Below are positions 38,113 to 51,789 of a DNA stretch of 64,000 nt, in pieces (the stretch's first letter is position 1; each line of letters begins with the position of its first letter). The position numbers were made by a program, and so were the translations under genes. The DNA comes from Takakia lepidozioides. Its lineage: Eukaryota > Plantae > Bryophyta. The stretch lies in NCBI GenBank assembly GCA_030704615.1, contig CM060732.1, forward strand, positions 9,176,001-9,240,000. Direction: 5' to 3'. The notes beneath the pieces are model-generated. The model worked only from the letters and a program-made list of their open reading frames with translations, was not told the DNA's origin and searched no databases.

Positions 38113-38277
38113 AATTATGTACGGCAACGTCCATTGGGAGCCACGTCACCTGGGATAATCTGCCGAAGAGCCAGCGAGCGGCGAGTGCTCTACAGCAGAT
38201 TATCCCAGTCCCGCCGCTCGTTGGCTCTTCGGCAGATTATCCCAGGTGACGTGGCTCCCAATGGACGTTACATAATT
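38113..38277. repeat. Near-perfect hairpin / small MITE (about 58-bp arms)
   Basis: AACGTCCATTGGGAGCCACGTCACCTGGGATAATCTGCCGAAGAGCC...CGGCG and its reverse complement, separated by a loop of about 27 nt. Confidence 0.85.
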
Positions 38278-41200
38278 CCCATCCAAGGAAGATTCCCCCC
38301 ATGTAAGTTATTACATTTATAAAGGGAATTTTCACGCAGTGGTTTACATGAGAGGTAAATCTCTTAACACCAGGCCCTTTCTGAAATTGCGGAGCCCTTT
38401 AGACTCGAAAATTCAGTAGTCCTCGGGTTAAAACTCTTACCTCATAAACTTGCCCCGTCCTGGATTATGAAAATGCCCCCTCTCAGGTTGTAATCCAGCA
38501 TAGTTTGGAGACAGGATATTCTGCTTGAGACTTTACCTTTTTGCAAAGCACTGGAAGAGAATTCCACGAAGCGCCCAGGACAAAATGCGGAATTTCACCA
38601 AATGCCCCTGGTAAAATGTGGAGTCTTGTAGGCGATTACGCATGGGGAGGCATCAATTTATATAAAGGAAATTTTCAGCAAGTACTAACGTATTAGGTAA
38701 GGTCTTGCAACGAGCGGGCTTTATGTGAATCAAGATTCCATATCCCCCAGGGCGTTGGAATCTTGATTTGTATAAAAACCGATTATGGGATTTAACTCAG
38801 GTAAAAAATGCATTTAAGACCGTGAAAATTCCTTGCCAATCTCTCAGATTACGGCCTAGGAAAAGCTGGAAAAATTATGCCATTTAAAGCCCATGAGCTA
38901 GGTTTTTAAGAACAAAGGGAATTTTCCAGTAGTGCCATCAGTTTTAATCATGTGACTCAACCCATGGGGAAGGAATATGGTTTGCAGTCATATTTACTGA
39001 CCGTTATGCACGGGGGTTAGAAGAAGCGCAGCAGTATAGAACGGGATCGGGACGGGGTTTCGATATGCTCTACAGTTGTGATTTTGCATGGATCCCTAGA
39101 TGGGGAGTATGTCACTTGTGGTGTGAGTTGCAATGCAACACTGATCTTTCAGGACGCATGCCGAGTAGGCCGCAGTGAAGCTAGGGACCAAAGCTAACCT
39201 GAGATTGTGCTCTGCAATAAAATCGACCCGTGGCAGAGATGAGACGAAGGCGGCTGAACAGATCTAGAGGAATGTTCAGCTACCTTGAGTCAAGCGTGAT
39301 AAGCAACGTTGGCGGTAGCTGTTGGGGAGACCTCATCATTCTACACATATATCTGATGTTCACTTGTCCTGGAGAATGTCAGGGAGGAACACTTGGCACC
39401 AAAAGCTCTTGTGCAAGTCGACCGGCTTTTCTTAAAAGTGTATTTCAGGTACATTGGACATACCTCAAGCACGATTAGCATTGACGGTTGCTGTCGGGAG
39501 AACTATTCGTTCTGGCATCGCATCTAACCGCTTGTCGAGATTATACGTGTCAGAGAAGGAACACTTGGCAACTGAAGATCTCTAGAGTGAAATTTGGATC
39601 TAGGCTTGTCGGATATGGAAATGATAATCAAACGCCGCCGTTGTGAAACAATAGTCAGCGCCGCCACTAATTGGTAATTCACTACGTGACAGATCACTTG
39701 TTATCACGAGTCGTTGTGGGTTCTTCCTTTTACTGGTCGATCCAGACGCCATTGGGCCGCCATCTTGACATCCTGGAAAGATGTTATCCAAACAATGCAG
39801 CCGCTGGAGGTCAGTTGCAAATTGTTGACAGTTTTCACCTTCCTTACTTAGATGAGCGCAGAGTTTCCATCTAGGCTACGTCAGACGATTCACTTGAGTT
39901 TCTCTTCGAATAGAAATCGTCCTACGGTAAATTGTACAGCTACATATGAAAAAAATGACATCCGAGAAGTGGGAAGGTGAAAGAACGTCCAAAGTTATCA
40001 GAATAGTGTTGTTGCCCAGGTTCGTCACATGTCGGAAGAAAAGTACATAAATTTCTGATTTGTAGTAATGCTTTGCACAAAGTTATTTACGGTGTGATCC
40101 GGCGGGACACAGGACGTCAACATGTGTTAGCAAGTAGGTCAGTCCAGGATTCGCCAGCTCATGTACGAAGACTGTCGGCAGGTCTCACATTGCAGCAATG
40201 AGACACGTAGTACACATAGGTTGGCTGGAAAAGTTGCGATACTACATACCTCAAGAGTTATTAGAGTTAGAAGTCTTCAATTTGCCTGACAAAGACTTCA
40301 ACTATCTACAAACTTTGGTATCTTTCTATCTACCAATTCAAGCTATAGCAAAGATTTGGATTGCAAGATTTCCAAGGTTTATTCACGGCAGATACATGTT
40401 CCTTTCTCGGTTTCGTATTTCACAGGATCGATAGGGTTAGCTCTCATAGGCTAGCTTCATAGACGAATCACGATCCGATAGGAGGCAGGAAGAAGGTTTT
40501 CCCATGCAGAGCTATGGTTGGGGAACCTGGAAACTGGGCGCCATCTTAGCGTTCGTAGGATGATCACGAAATCTGAAGATGTGGTGATCGTTAATAGTGA
40601 CCATGATTTGTTGGTTTCTGGTGAATCTGTGAACCATCCATATGTGATTTTCAAAATCGGTTGAAGTTCATGTGGAAGAGATATCCAGCTTAACTTTCGC
40701 TTGGAACAGTCTTAGATTCATGGTTTGTTGCCATTGGTGATTTTGAGGGGACATATTGACAGATTTGCAGACTGCAGTGATTACAGTGGGCAGATTTGTT
40801 ATACTGTACGGACCCATCCTGTAGCACCACATGCAAATGCAGAAGGTTTTAGTCTGCCTATAAAACTATGAAGGAAAGTAAGAGAACGAGACTGTTGTAC
40901 TTTGAGCAGAGTTTCTGTGCCTGTACAAGATTCCATTTTGAGCTGCTAGTCACGCCAGATTCAAAAGTTGGCTATTATTATAACTTAATAGAGAATAATC
41001 TTCATTTAGCTGATTTTTTTCCTTATCAGCGCACATATTTTTCCCTTGTATTATATTTGATTATAACTTTTCATTCCATTTACTCTTCAAGTATTATATG
41101 TAAACCATGCCATATTTTATGTCGTAAATGTGTTAAATTTTGCAATTGATGTGTATGATATATTATTGTCCAATTTTTATTAGGAGTGAGAACAGTCAAA

Positions 41201-41311
41201 CATAAAACTCAGTTTTGAGTAGCAATATTATACGGATAAATCATAGAATGAGGGAAGCTATGTAAATCTTCGTGGTTAATCAATATGACAATTATTTATC
41301 ACAACACGTCG

Positions 41312-41610
41312 TGTCGCGCACCTCATTTCGATAAACTACCCTTTCATGTCATATTTGGTCGTTTACCTGGCTTGCTTCACGAGCTTCTGGTTGAGGTTCT
41401 GGTTGCTTAACGGACTTGCACCATTCTCACGAGCTTCTGGTTGAGGTTCTGGTTGCTTAACGGACTTGCACCATTCTCAGGGTTACTACTCCTTATATAT
41501 ACTTTTGGAGGTGTCGGGGGTCTCACAAACAGCCCTAGAAGTCCTTTTTTGTGAACTACCACCGTGAACCTCAACTCCTTGTGATGAGTCGTGCCCACCG
41601 ACAACGGCTC
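41312..41610 (-). mobile_element. Partial LTR-like repeat (3' end GAGGTGCGCGACA), with an internal tandem duplication of about 51 bp
   Basis: Reverse complement matches 12520-12660 and the 12895-12935 terminus. Confidence 0.65.
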
Positions 41611-41820
41611 CTCAAGTAAAGTACTTCAGCCTCTCTAGATTGAGCCCTTTAGGATAAATACTTGAGCCCCTCAAGAATGGTCCTTGAATATCCCAGGAAA
41701 AATATTTAATGAACCCCTCAAGAATGGTTCTTGAGCCCCTCAAGAGGAAAAAAAAGTGAGCACCTAGACCATCAATACTAAAAGAGGATTAGTACTTAAT
41801 GAGATCAAATAAAATAATGG

Positions 41821-43128
41821 TATATATATATATATATATATATGAATTAAGACGATTTGTTTGTTTTGTTTGTTTTGTCACGTTGAGATGTCCCAAACCG
41901 CAAGGCCCCAGCCCTGGTGCTTGGTACCGTTGGAAAGCCCTCGACGAGGAGGGGTGCACGGGCTTGGTCTCATGATTTTTGAACATGCGGTGTGGGAGAT
42001 GTCGAATTTCAAGTAATTTTGGTCGCTGAAAATTCACAAAAAATAGTAAAAATGGCAAAGTGGGCATTCCTGGAACAATGGTTGGAGCCTCGAGGGGAGA
42101 CATATCAAGGGAAAGGTCTCCGGTTCAAATCTGGTCGTAGGCCCTCTGAAGGAAAAAAAAAAAAAAAAAAAAAAAAAAACTGATTAGATATGGGATTGCA
42201 CTTGGACTTAGATGACACTAGACACTTGGGCCTCTACATGGGAGATGCACTTGGATACATGAATAGAAGATTGCACTTGGGCTTAGATTTCAATTCTTCA
42301 CACATGGGCCAACGGGGCACTAGCGGACTCCACCCACGCCTCCCACTTGTACAAGAAATTGCACTTGGGCTTAGGTTTCAATTCTTCACACACGGACCTT
42401 GACATATGAGACGCTACTTGAATACATAGGGGATTGCACTTGGACTTAGATTTCAATTCTTAACACATGGGCCAATGGCGTAGGCTACCCTAGGCCTAGA
42501 TCTCCCTAACATGAGGGTCTCTAGATACATAGGGGAGTGCACACTGGGCTCTATGGAAAAAAACTTACTTAGATGACATTGGACACTTGGGCCAACGGCA
42601 AAGGCTACCCTAGAGGTTGCATTTGGGCCTCGACATAGGAGACACACTTTGATACATAGGGGATTGCACAATGGGCTTAGATGGGCCTCGACATAGGAGA
42701 CGCACATGGGAGACGCCAAAGTTGGATGCATAGGAGATTGCACTTGGGCTTAGATGACATTGGACACTTGGGCCAACGGCACAGGCTACCCTTTTTTTTT
42801 TCAGAGAGCCTACGACCAGATTTGAACCGGAGACCTTTCCCTTGATATCTCTCCGGTCGAGGCTCCAACCATTGTCCCAAGAATGCCCACTTTGCCATTT
42901 TTGCTATTTTTTGTGAATTTCCAGCGACCAAAAGTACTTGGAATTCCGTATCTCCCACACCGGAGGTCCAAAAATCATGAGACCAAGCCGGTGCACCCCT
43001 CCTCGTCGAGGGTTTTCCAACGGTACCAAGCACTAGCGCTGGGGCCTCGCGGTTTGGGACATCTCAACGTGACAAAACAAACAAACAAACAAACAAACAA
43101 GTAAACAAACAAATCGTCTTAATTCATA
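41821..43128. mobile_element. Two tail-to-tail copies of the Helitron-like repeat (arms about 330 bp) around reiterated 3'-end modules
   Basis: 41840-42150 (+) and 42795-43128 (-) are highly similar. The middle repeats GATTGCACTTGGGCTTAGAT and GGGCCAACGGCACAGGCTACCCTAG-like ends. Confidence 0.75.
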
Positions 43129-45656
43129 AATAAATTTTATTAAGTTTATTTTGGGAAAAAAATTAAAATTAAAACCCTGTGGGTACACCATGAGGCACAC
43201 ACACCGTAGTCAGTAAAAAATAAACAAGCCTCCTGAAAAGAGCAGAGACAAATTAGGGCTAGAGAGCCCCTATTCAAAACAAACCCCATATGGGGTTGAG
43301 GAAAAGTAGGCAGTAACGCCTTGAACGGTAGATCGAGAAGTTTGATAACAAAGGAGTAGTTGCATGCTTGAAACTTGTAGAGATTGATGAAACAAATTCT
43401 ACTAAATGCGAGTGCTCAGCGAAACTGAAGTCTAGCAGCCGATCTGATATGACGCCAATTGATATCTCTGTCAAATTCTGGTGACACCATGGAGGTCCGC
43501 GTCGAGATTTCTACAGCCGACGGGTGGGAGGGCTGTCCAGATGCAGTTTGCTAGCGTTGAACTGGTGCAGAAGTGGCCATTTATGGCCAGCAAAGTATAG
43601 ATGGACCAAGTATTACCTGAGAGGATCTAGGCACATCTAGTCTTCCAAGTTCCAAATATGCCAAAGTGTTGAGCTTCTAAGGCACTCGAAAACTGGGTAG
43701 ATAAAAGCTTTGTTCTGTGTGTTGATGTCGTAGTTAAGAAGCAAGCTTATTTCGGACAAGGTTTGGCCATTCTAGTTGTAGATGCATATAATGGCACATT
43801 TTTATTTTCTGATCGTTTTTTTTCCTTTAGCCAAGCAGTTTTGGCATTGTATTGCCAAAACATGACAAATTGTTAGTTATTTGAGAATCGCCGATAAAGC
43901 ACCTAGGCATTTACTTAGTCTGAGACGACCATGGAGAGGAACTTTGGCGTCAAAATGACCGTAGGAAGCTGCATCGACAACGTGTTAGACTGCCAATTCA
44001 ATACCAATAGCGGCAAGTTGGATCTCCAAACATATGAGGCAACTGTTCAATGACGGGTTGCGATCTGTTTGATCTCTTTTTTCTCTTGTCCAGTAGGTCC
44101 ACACAGTGACAAGACTTGGCAATTTTAGAATTAGTTTGTATAGCGATGAAATATCGCACAAAAGTAGGATGTTGCATCGGAACAATGACGAGTCGAGACG
44201 ACTTCGGAGCGAAGTATGGGCAAACCGACGATGCAAAGGTAGTTGGAGATGACTCCCGAGCTTTAAAATCCAATGGCAAGGTCAGAGGCTCCCAGGAGCA
44301 CCACCATTAGATTATTTTCCCAGGAAGTTGCAAAGTTTATCATACGACGAATCCGAAGAACAACGTTTGGAATATATTTTCAAATCTGATTGACCTGAGA
44401 ATTTACAAGCTACTACGGAGCACCTAATGATAATTTATCACCAAGTTTTGTGATTTAGGGTTAAGGTTAGCAACAGCACCGAATTACAAGGCCAACGGCA
44501 CTTGTGGCGAACGCTTCATTGGTTTTCTGTTTTATTCATTGGAGAAAAAATCACAAATTCGCCTTAGAGGTTTTTGGATGAGAAACGCCAGCTAAGCCAT
44601 CCAAGTGGAGGATGGAAAAACATCTGTTAGTCCCAGTTGATGATTTCCATCCATGTTGTTAGTTTATTTCATTCTATTATTTTAATTAAACTATAACTCC
44701 CTCTAGTTTATACTAGTGTAATATTATTTTTCAGTAGTTTATTAGGCCCAAAAGTAGTATAAAAGAAGAGCAAGGCTCTCTTGTTCTTCATCTAGTTTCA
44801 TTTGTTTGCTTGCCTCTTGCTTGTTGTTGTAGTCTAGTTTGTTAGTATGGCTAGAGGAAGCCTAGATCCTAGAGAGTAAAGCTTGAGCTTAGGAAAGCAT
44901 TTTAGAAGTTAAGGAGAGAGGTCCTAGGTTTTTGTAGGCCTTTGAGCCATTTTTCATTTAGAAAAAGAGGACTTGTGGACACCCAAAGTGGAGTGTGGAA
45001 GACTTAGAGACGAGTAGGAATACAGGAGGTGGACCAAGCTTGACGAGCACCAAGAAGGGCCGCAAAGAGTACCATGCTACCGAGCTATTAGAGCATCACA
45101 AGCACCGTTGCACACTCGAGGGTGATTCACAACTCACTCATTTGATTTGATTTCATTTCATTTCCATTCTTGTCTTTTTTTATGCCAAGCCATAGGTTTG
45201 GAATGTATGTTTGTTTGAAGAAAAACTAACCCTCTAGGTGTGAAGATGAGGTCTTGTTAGAGAATGATCCGTTAAATAAGGGAAGAGTCCCTAAGTCAAG
45301 AGTCAAGAAGGCCAAAGGCCATTTGTTTTGAGTTCATTAAGTGTTGAAAAGCTCTTTTGAGGATTTTGGTATAAGCTAGACTGATAGACAGCCAACTAAT
45401 AACTAACCAGCAGGCAGTAGCCTTATTCATAATAGGCCATAGGCCATAGTAATTTATTGAAATCCCAAGCAAGGGCAAAAAGGACTTGTGGTGGGGTGTT
45501 ATTTGTTTATTCTTGTTTTTATTGAAGGTTTATGGTCGCTGCCCAGCTGCATCGCCACAACAACAGATCGCGGCTTTTATGACTATGTTTTATGACATCC
45601 CGCGCCCTTACTGTGCATATTCTGCAATCATCGCACTCCACGACACCACATCTCGT

Positions 45657-46470
45657 TCAACCATACTGTCGAATACTCCCTTCATACATGTCCACAAGGG
45701 TACTGTTTAGAATGACATTTGGTAGTACAATTGCAGCTCTGACAATGTCGCCATGGACCTCTTTGCCCTTTTCTAGAGCTGCCAGGCTTGCACACGCATT
45801 GCAAATGCACACAAACTGGATACCCCGGCATGTGACTATCGGACTGTTCGAAGCCCTAGACACCTCTGGTGCTGCACTTGCAGAGATCGTCAAACCTTTG
45901 TTAGAGCAGTATCAATTGACTGAGAAGATTATTGCGTGTAAGGATGAGGGGGTACAAGAAACCTGCATGAGTAGATGGTCAACTAAAGGCAGCAGCTGCA
46001 GCGGCACAGTTGATAAAATCAAGCACCTCAACCATGACCACAGCTTCTGAAAGAGGATCAAGAGAGGAGGCCACAATGCCTCTTCTAGCATTTCTGGGCA
46101 TGTGAAGATGCTTTGTGCAGCAGACTGACTGACAGAGGCTCTACAGATTTTAAACCAATGAGGAATTTCAGTAGATTCAGATGTGTATGTTTGTCTCTTG
46201 CTTAAGTGCATCAAGATGGAAGGTCTGGATGGCAGGCACCCTCTCTCTATCACCCTAGCTGTCTGTCAAGCAATTCGCAGCTAGAAAGCAGGTGCACACT
46301 CACATTATCCAAAGTGGATTCACGCCAAATGTTTTTCAACTCAACACCCTTGTCAACATGTATGTTAAGCGCGGGAGCATCGTGGATGCTCACCAAGTGT
46401 TCAACAGAATGCCTCAACGATCTTTGATCACGTGGCATATAATGTTGGCAGGATTTACTAAGAACAGTAG
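45657..46470. pseudogene. Mosaic of PLS-class PPR fragments (both strands) and a hAT transposase fragment
   Basis: - strand: FVCICNACASLAALEKGKEVHGDI..NSTLVDMY. + strand hAT relic: WIPRHVTIGLFEALDTSG..KIIACKDEG. + strand PPR: HTHIIQSGFTPNVFQLNTLVNMYVKRGSIVDAHQVFNRMPQRSLITW. Confidence 0.8.
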
Positions 46471-46479
46471 GGCAAGGCA

Positions 46480-47964
46480 AAAAGAGAGTTGGAACAGAGC
46501 TTGCAGACCCATATCCAGATGAGTGCGGATATCCAGCGGAGGCTGGAGGAGATACAGGGGAAGCTGACCGAAGTAAGCGAGTAGGCCAAGGAGAAATTGG
46601 CCAATACAAGGACACGCTCAAAGGCACGGAGATAGTGCTGAAAGAGACGCAAGAATAGTTGCGAGTAAAGGAGGAGACACCGTTGACAGTCCAGAACCAG
46701 GCAGAGACCTACGAGCAGTATTATTGAGCCGAAAAGGCTCAACGAGAGAGTCTGGAAATCAAGGCGGAGCAGGCGTATTGGGCTCTGTGAAAGTCCAACA
46801 ATACAATGGCCATACTACAGAGGGACATGGTGCATTGGAAGACCCACGGGATGTGGGCAAACGAGTTGATCTGGAAGGAGCTGGCAGCCCGGAAGGCCAA
46901 GGATATCGTAATAGAGGTTGGCCAGAAGGAATGAGTGCAGACGAGCAGACCTGAGTGGGAGAACAACTTCGAAGATTGGGCTAGAGATTATCTGGACAAG
47001 ACGACCTCAGAGGCCCAAGAGTATATGTATGTGTTGGACAAGATCTACGACGAGTTGGGAGCAAGCGTTGAGGATGTGTTCTCCCAGACCGACGAGGAGA
47101 AGAATAGGTTACGACTGGGAATAACTTGTTACCAGGAGGAAAGAGCCAAGGAGTTGACCGAGGATGTGGAGGAGTTCACCAAAAAATGGGCGCCAGTCTC
47201 ATATGCAGGGGAGACCTCGGAGGGAACCCGCACAGTTCTCGTCCCCAATCGACTCACAGGAGGGACGGAAGACGAAGAGGACTTCGTTCTAGTCCAAAGA
47301 GAAAGAACGGCTATGGACGCGGAAATGGGGAAGCTCGTGGCGCCAACCCTGGAAGACAACCAACGAGCTGACATACGGATTAGAGGGGACAAACCTAGCG
47401 AGGAGAAATCCCTCGTGTCTGATGAAGCGACCCAGTTAGCCATCGTAGAGCAAACAAACCCGGAAGGACCTACGGGTACGAACCAAGAGGAGGCCATTGA
47501 GCTCTCAAGTGAGGACGAGGTCACAGAGGAAGATAAGCTACCACGGCTAAAGAGAACTGAAGCAGTCAGGGAGCAGCAGGAGAAGGCTGCAAATGACCAG
47601 AGGATGGAAGAATGGCTAGTGGGCAGGAAGAACAACCAGGGCTAGAAGCAGCAATAGTAACAGAGCCTAGTGCTTTTCAGGAGGTCCCAAGGAGCCCGGC
47701 CAGGCAGCAAGTGATGGCCACATTTGCAAGGGGAACCCCCGTCATGGGCTATGAACAGCAAATGGCATTGCTTCCATTGGCGAGTGGTTTTATGGGAGCG
47801 ATCAGTGTGCCAGACCTGATTGCCATAGTCCCGAGGGGGACGGAGGAGAGCACCACGCAGTTGTCACCTGGGGGCCCGGTTATCAGCGTCACGTCTGTCA
47901 GTCAGCGTCAGGTTATGTCAGACTTGACGCTGACAGGACCTCCGTCACGTCAGGTTCGAGAAAT
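46480..47964 (+). mobile_element. Degenerate coiled-coil/acidic ORF, probably retrotransposon gag-region or accessory ORF
   Basis: E/K/R-rich heptad-like reading frame with scattered stops; no diagnostic motif. Confidence 0.35.
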
Positions 47965-48810
47965 TCTGGCGGTCGTTTTATTTTTCAAAAAATAAATAAA
48001 AATAGTGACCACTATATTGGCGGTCGCTTCAATTTATTTAAAAAAAAAAGCAAGATTGGCGGTCGCATTGGCGGTCCCCTAATTTAAAAGAGAAAACAAG
48101 CGACCGCCGTATTGGCGGTCGCACAATTTTGCAAATATATACAAAACAAGCGACTGCCATATGGCGGTCAGTTAATTTCAAAAATATATAAAAAACAAGC
48201 GACCGCCATTTGGTGGTCGCTTAATTTCAAAAAATATATATAAAAAACAAGCGGCCGCCATATGGCTGTCGGTTAATTTCAAAATTATATTAAAAAACAA
48301 ACGACATATGAAAATAAAAGCTACCGCCACACCGGTGGTCGCTTATTTTAAAATAAAACAATATTTGCGACCGCCAAACTGGCGGTCGCATAAATTTAAA
48401 AATATATAAAATAAAAGCGACCGCCAAACTGGCAGTCGCTTAAACTTGAAAATATAAAGATTAAAAGCGAATGCCGTACTGGCGGTCGTGTTTTAAAAAA
48501 AAAATTAAGAATAAAAGCGACCACCGTACTGACGGTCGCGTTTTTTTTAAAATATTAAGAATAAAAGTGACCACCATATTGGCGGTCGCTTAATTTTAAA
48601 TATATAAACAAATGAAGCGACCGCTATACTGGCGGTCGTATTATATTTTGAAATAAAAAACAATAGCGACCGCCATACGGGCGGTCGCTTAAATTTAAAA
48701 ATATACAAATTGAATCGACCGCAATATTGCACAAAATGAAAAGAAATAAAAGCGACCACAATAGTGGCGGTTGCTTGTGTTTCATAAAAAATAAAAATAA
48801 CGACCGTTTA
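47965..48810. repeat. Palindromic array GCGACCGCC-N4-5-GGCGGTCGC with AT-rich linkers (left)
   Basis: Roughly 15-20 degenerate units at about 45-55 bp period, directly upstream of the hAT gene. Confidence 0.9.
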
Positions 48811-49209
48811 ATTTTAAAATTATAACAAATATGGTTGTACCGCCTTTTCCGGGTGGACGCTATTGGTTCGTCATTTATTCATTTCACTTTCATTTCACTT
48901 TCATCCTTCCTGGAGCATACATAAGGGAGCAGGGTCACCAAGCTCCTCACTTCTTTTGACGTAAACACTTGAGGTTGCTTTGGATGTTCTCTTCCATTGA
49001 ACGAGAGTGTAGCCCAAGAGGAGGGCGCGCACCTTTTGCTGTTGTGCAAAGTTACTTCAGCAGATTGTGTATAAGTTCAACACTACAATGCGCATCAACC
49101 CACTTGGGTTGGTGACAGGTGTAGAAGTGTTGGGCTATCGCATTGCACTCTACATTCACAACACATTCATTTATAGGTGACTATTTTTTGTTGCTTACAT
49201 CACTAGGGT

Positions 49210-51250
49210 CCAGAGGAGTGGATATTGGGTGAAGATGAGGGAGGAATAGAGCCCTTGGTATACGGCAATCTCGAACACTGTTAGTGCCACTGGCAATGTT
49301 GAGTGCAACCTATGTGGACTGAAGCTTTCTTATCGTAAGGATCGGCTGCTCGCTAACCTCAGCTATAGAGATGTGAAGAGCGCCAGAGTGGGTTTATGCC
49401 TTAAAGCATCTATGCGGATAAAAAGCCATTTTGCCCAGTGTGGAGGCATTATTCCAATGTCTCTGGATCTGGACATGAACTCTGAGCAAAACACTTCATC
49501 TTCCCGTCAAGATACCCCGATTAGTACCCAAGGCGACTCTTGTGAGGCTTCATGTGTCCTTGGACAAGTGGATTGTGCCGAAGCAAAACTTGCTTCAACA
49601 CCTCTTTGTACCCCTACACTTCAACGGAGTAGAGAATTACGGCAGCAATCCATGCAGGAAGGTCTTAATTTGTCTGCGAAAAAACAGTTGGATAAAAAAT
49701 GGGCGCAGTTTTTTTTCGAGGCCAACATATCATTTAATGTGGCTAGGCTTCCGGCATTTGTTTATGCCGTTAGAGCAACCTCGGAGTCCAGATCCACGTA
49801 CGTGCCTCCGACTTATCACAATCTCCGCACATAATTGCTAGAAGACGTCATGACCAAACTTACCCAAAAGGTCAACGATAGGACGGGCGAGTGCATCAGA
49901 AAATATGGAAGCACTATATGTGCCGATGGTTGGAGTTCTGTTACAAACAGACCATTGTTCAATGTCATGCTCGTATGTCCAGCTGGGGAACAATTCTTGG
50001 GATCGGTGGACACTAGCGGCGAGAAGAAAGATGGACGTTATCAATGCCAGCTATTGACGGATTTCATCGAACAGGTCGGAAGTGATAGAATCGTGCAAAT
50101 ATGCATAGACAATGCCGCTAACATGATAAACACTGCAGACATGTTATTGGCACGTTATCCCCATATGTACTATCAAGGTTATGCTGCTCATATCCTTGAC
50201 CTCCTTTTGGAAGATTGGGGAAAAGAACAGTGGGTGAAACAACTTGTCAAGCAAGCGAAGACCGTTGTGTCGTTCATTCGTACACACCACACCCCTTTGG
50301 CAATATATAGGAGGCATGAACCCCAAATACAGCCTCCGGAATCCAGACGAAACTCGTTTTGCCACTAACTTCTTGATGGTGGATCGGTTGATGATGGTGA
50401 AGAGCAGTCTGGAGCACACCATCATCGATCCTCAATGGGATGCATACACACGGACATTGCGGGATTCCAGAAAAGCCAAGTCATTGGGCAAAAGTCAAAA
50501 AGTTCGGAACAGCATTCGTTGCGATGATTTCTGGAAGAAATGTGAAAACTTTGTTTATATGGTAGAGCCGGTGTTAATCGTCTTGCGGGAGTTTGAGCAA
50601 CCAGTAATGGGCAAGACATGGTTATTAATGCAAAATCTTGAAAAACATGTCCAATCCCTGAGGCATCCTCACTTCATCTTGGAACCCGAACTTGCGGACA
50701 GTGATGAGGATGCATTTTATGACCGTCGGTCGATGGTTCGAACAGACTTGCATTATGCGGGGGCTTTGCTCAATCCATTCTTGCTCGACAATACCATGCT
50801 CCGAGACGACGCTGATGCCAAGGCCGGCCTCATGCGAGTGCTCATGCGACTGGCTCCGTCGAACATGGCAGAGAGAGCTATATCCGAGTAGAATGCTTCT
50901 CAAACTGCCGCGATCCTTTTGAAGACATTCCGGATCCAAAAAAACTCAATATGTTGCCACATGAATGGTGGGATTTGATTGGAGCTAGAGCAAGAACATT
51001 GGCTCCCATTGCGAAGCGTATTCTTGCCCAAGTGTGCTCTGCCTCATCTTGCGAATGCAATTGGAGCAGTTACTCATTTGTTCTCAACAAGATTTGCAAC
51101 ATGTTGAATCCCGCGAGGGCTGACAAATTGGTATATGTGTATATCAATTGTCGACTACTACGTGAGAGGGCAGCGGATGATGTTGCAGCATGGTATGAGA
51201 GGAATTTGCATTCCGAAGACTCTGCTTCTGAGGTAGATTCGATGAGTGAT
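49210..51250 (+). pseudogene. hAT transposase (BED finger + DUF659 + C-terminal dimerisation domain)
   Basis: CNLC BED-like motif; WAQFFFEANISFNV; ICADGWS; QICIDNAANM; AAHILDLLLEDW; ETRFATNF; LHYAGALLNP; EWW..IAKRILAQVCSASSCECNWS..KLVYVYIN. Stops at 49832 and 50889; frameshift near 50330. Confidence 0.92.
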
Positions 51251-51789
51251 ATACTGAGTCTCAGAGGGAATCATCTCAAAAGGAGTCATCTGCCTCCGAT
51301 AGTGGAGATGGGTCCGATGATGCTCCCGACAATGCGTATGACCCGTTTACGTTCACAGAGGAGGATGCCTATATCCAGCCGATCTTTGATGACCTTCTTG
51401 AGGAAGTACGTATCGCAGATGAAAGGTGAAGCTGCAATTGTGTCATCCCCAGAACATGGTCCTCAGAATGAAGTTGGGGTCGACCCTCGCCCCCCACTAC
51501 ACGTTGAAGCCACCGGCAGTGCCCCAATGGAGCTCAGGGGTGATGAACTACCAGGACCGAGCGACGTACACAACCCTGTTCATACAAACGATGGTGCCAA
51601 ACCATTGTACAGTCGACGGAACGGGAACATGCCTCACCGATATGACCAGCTCCACCACAACGCCAAAACTGATCTAGCTCCCCATCAACACAGCGGGCAT
51701 TAAGGAGCAATATGGTTGATCTGTTTTCCACACACACGTGGGAATTGGAGATAAAGGAGGAGTGGGACACCACAAGAAGGATGAGCAGC

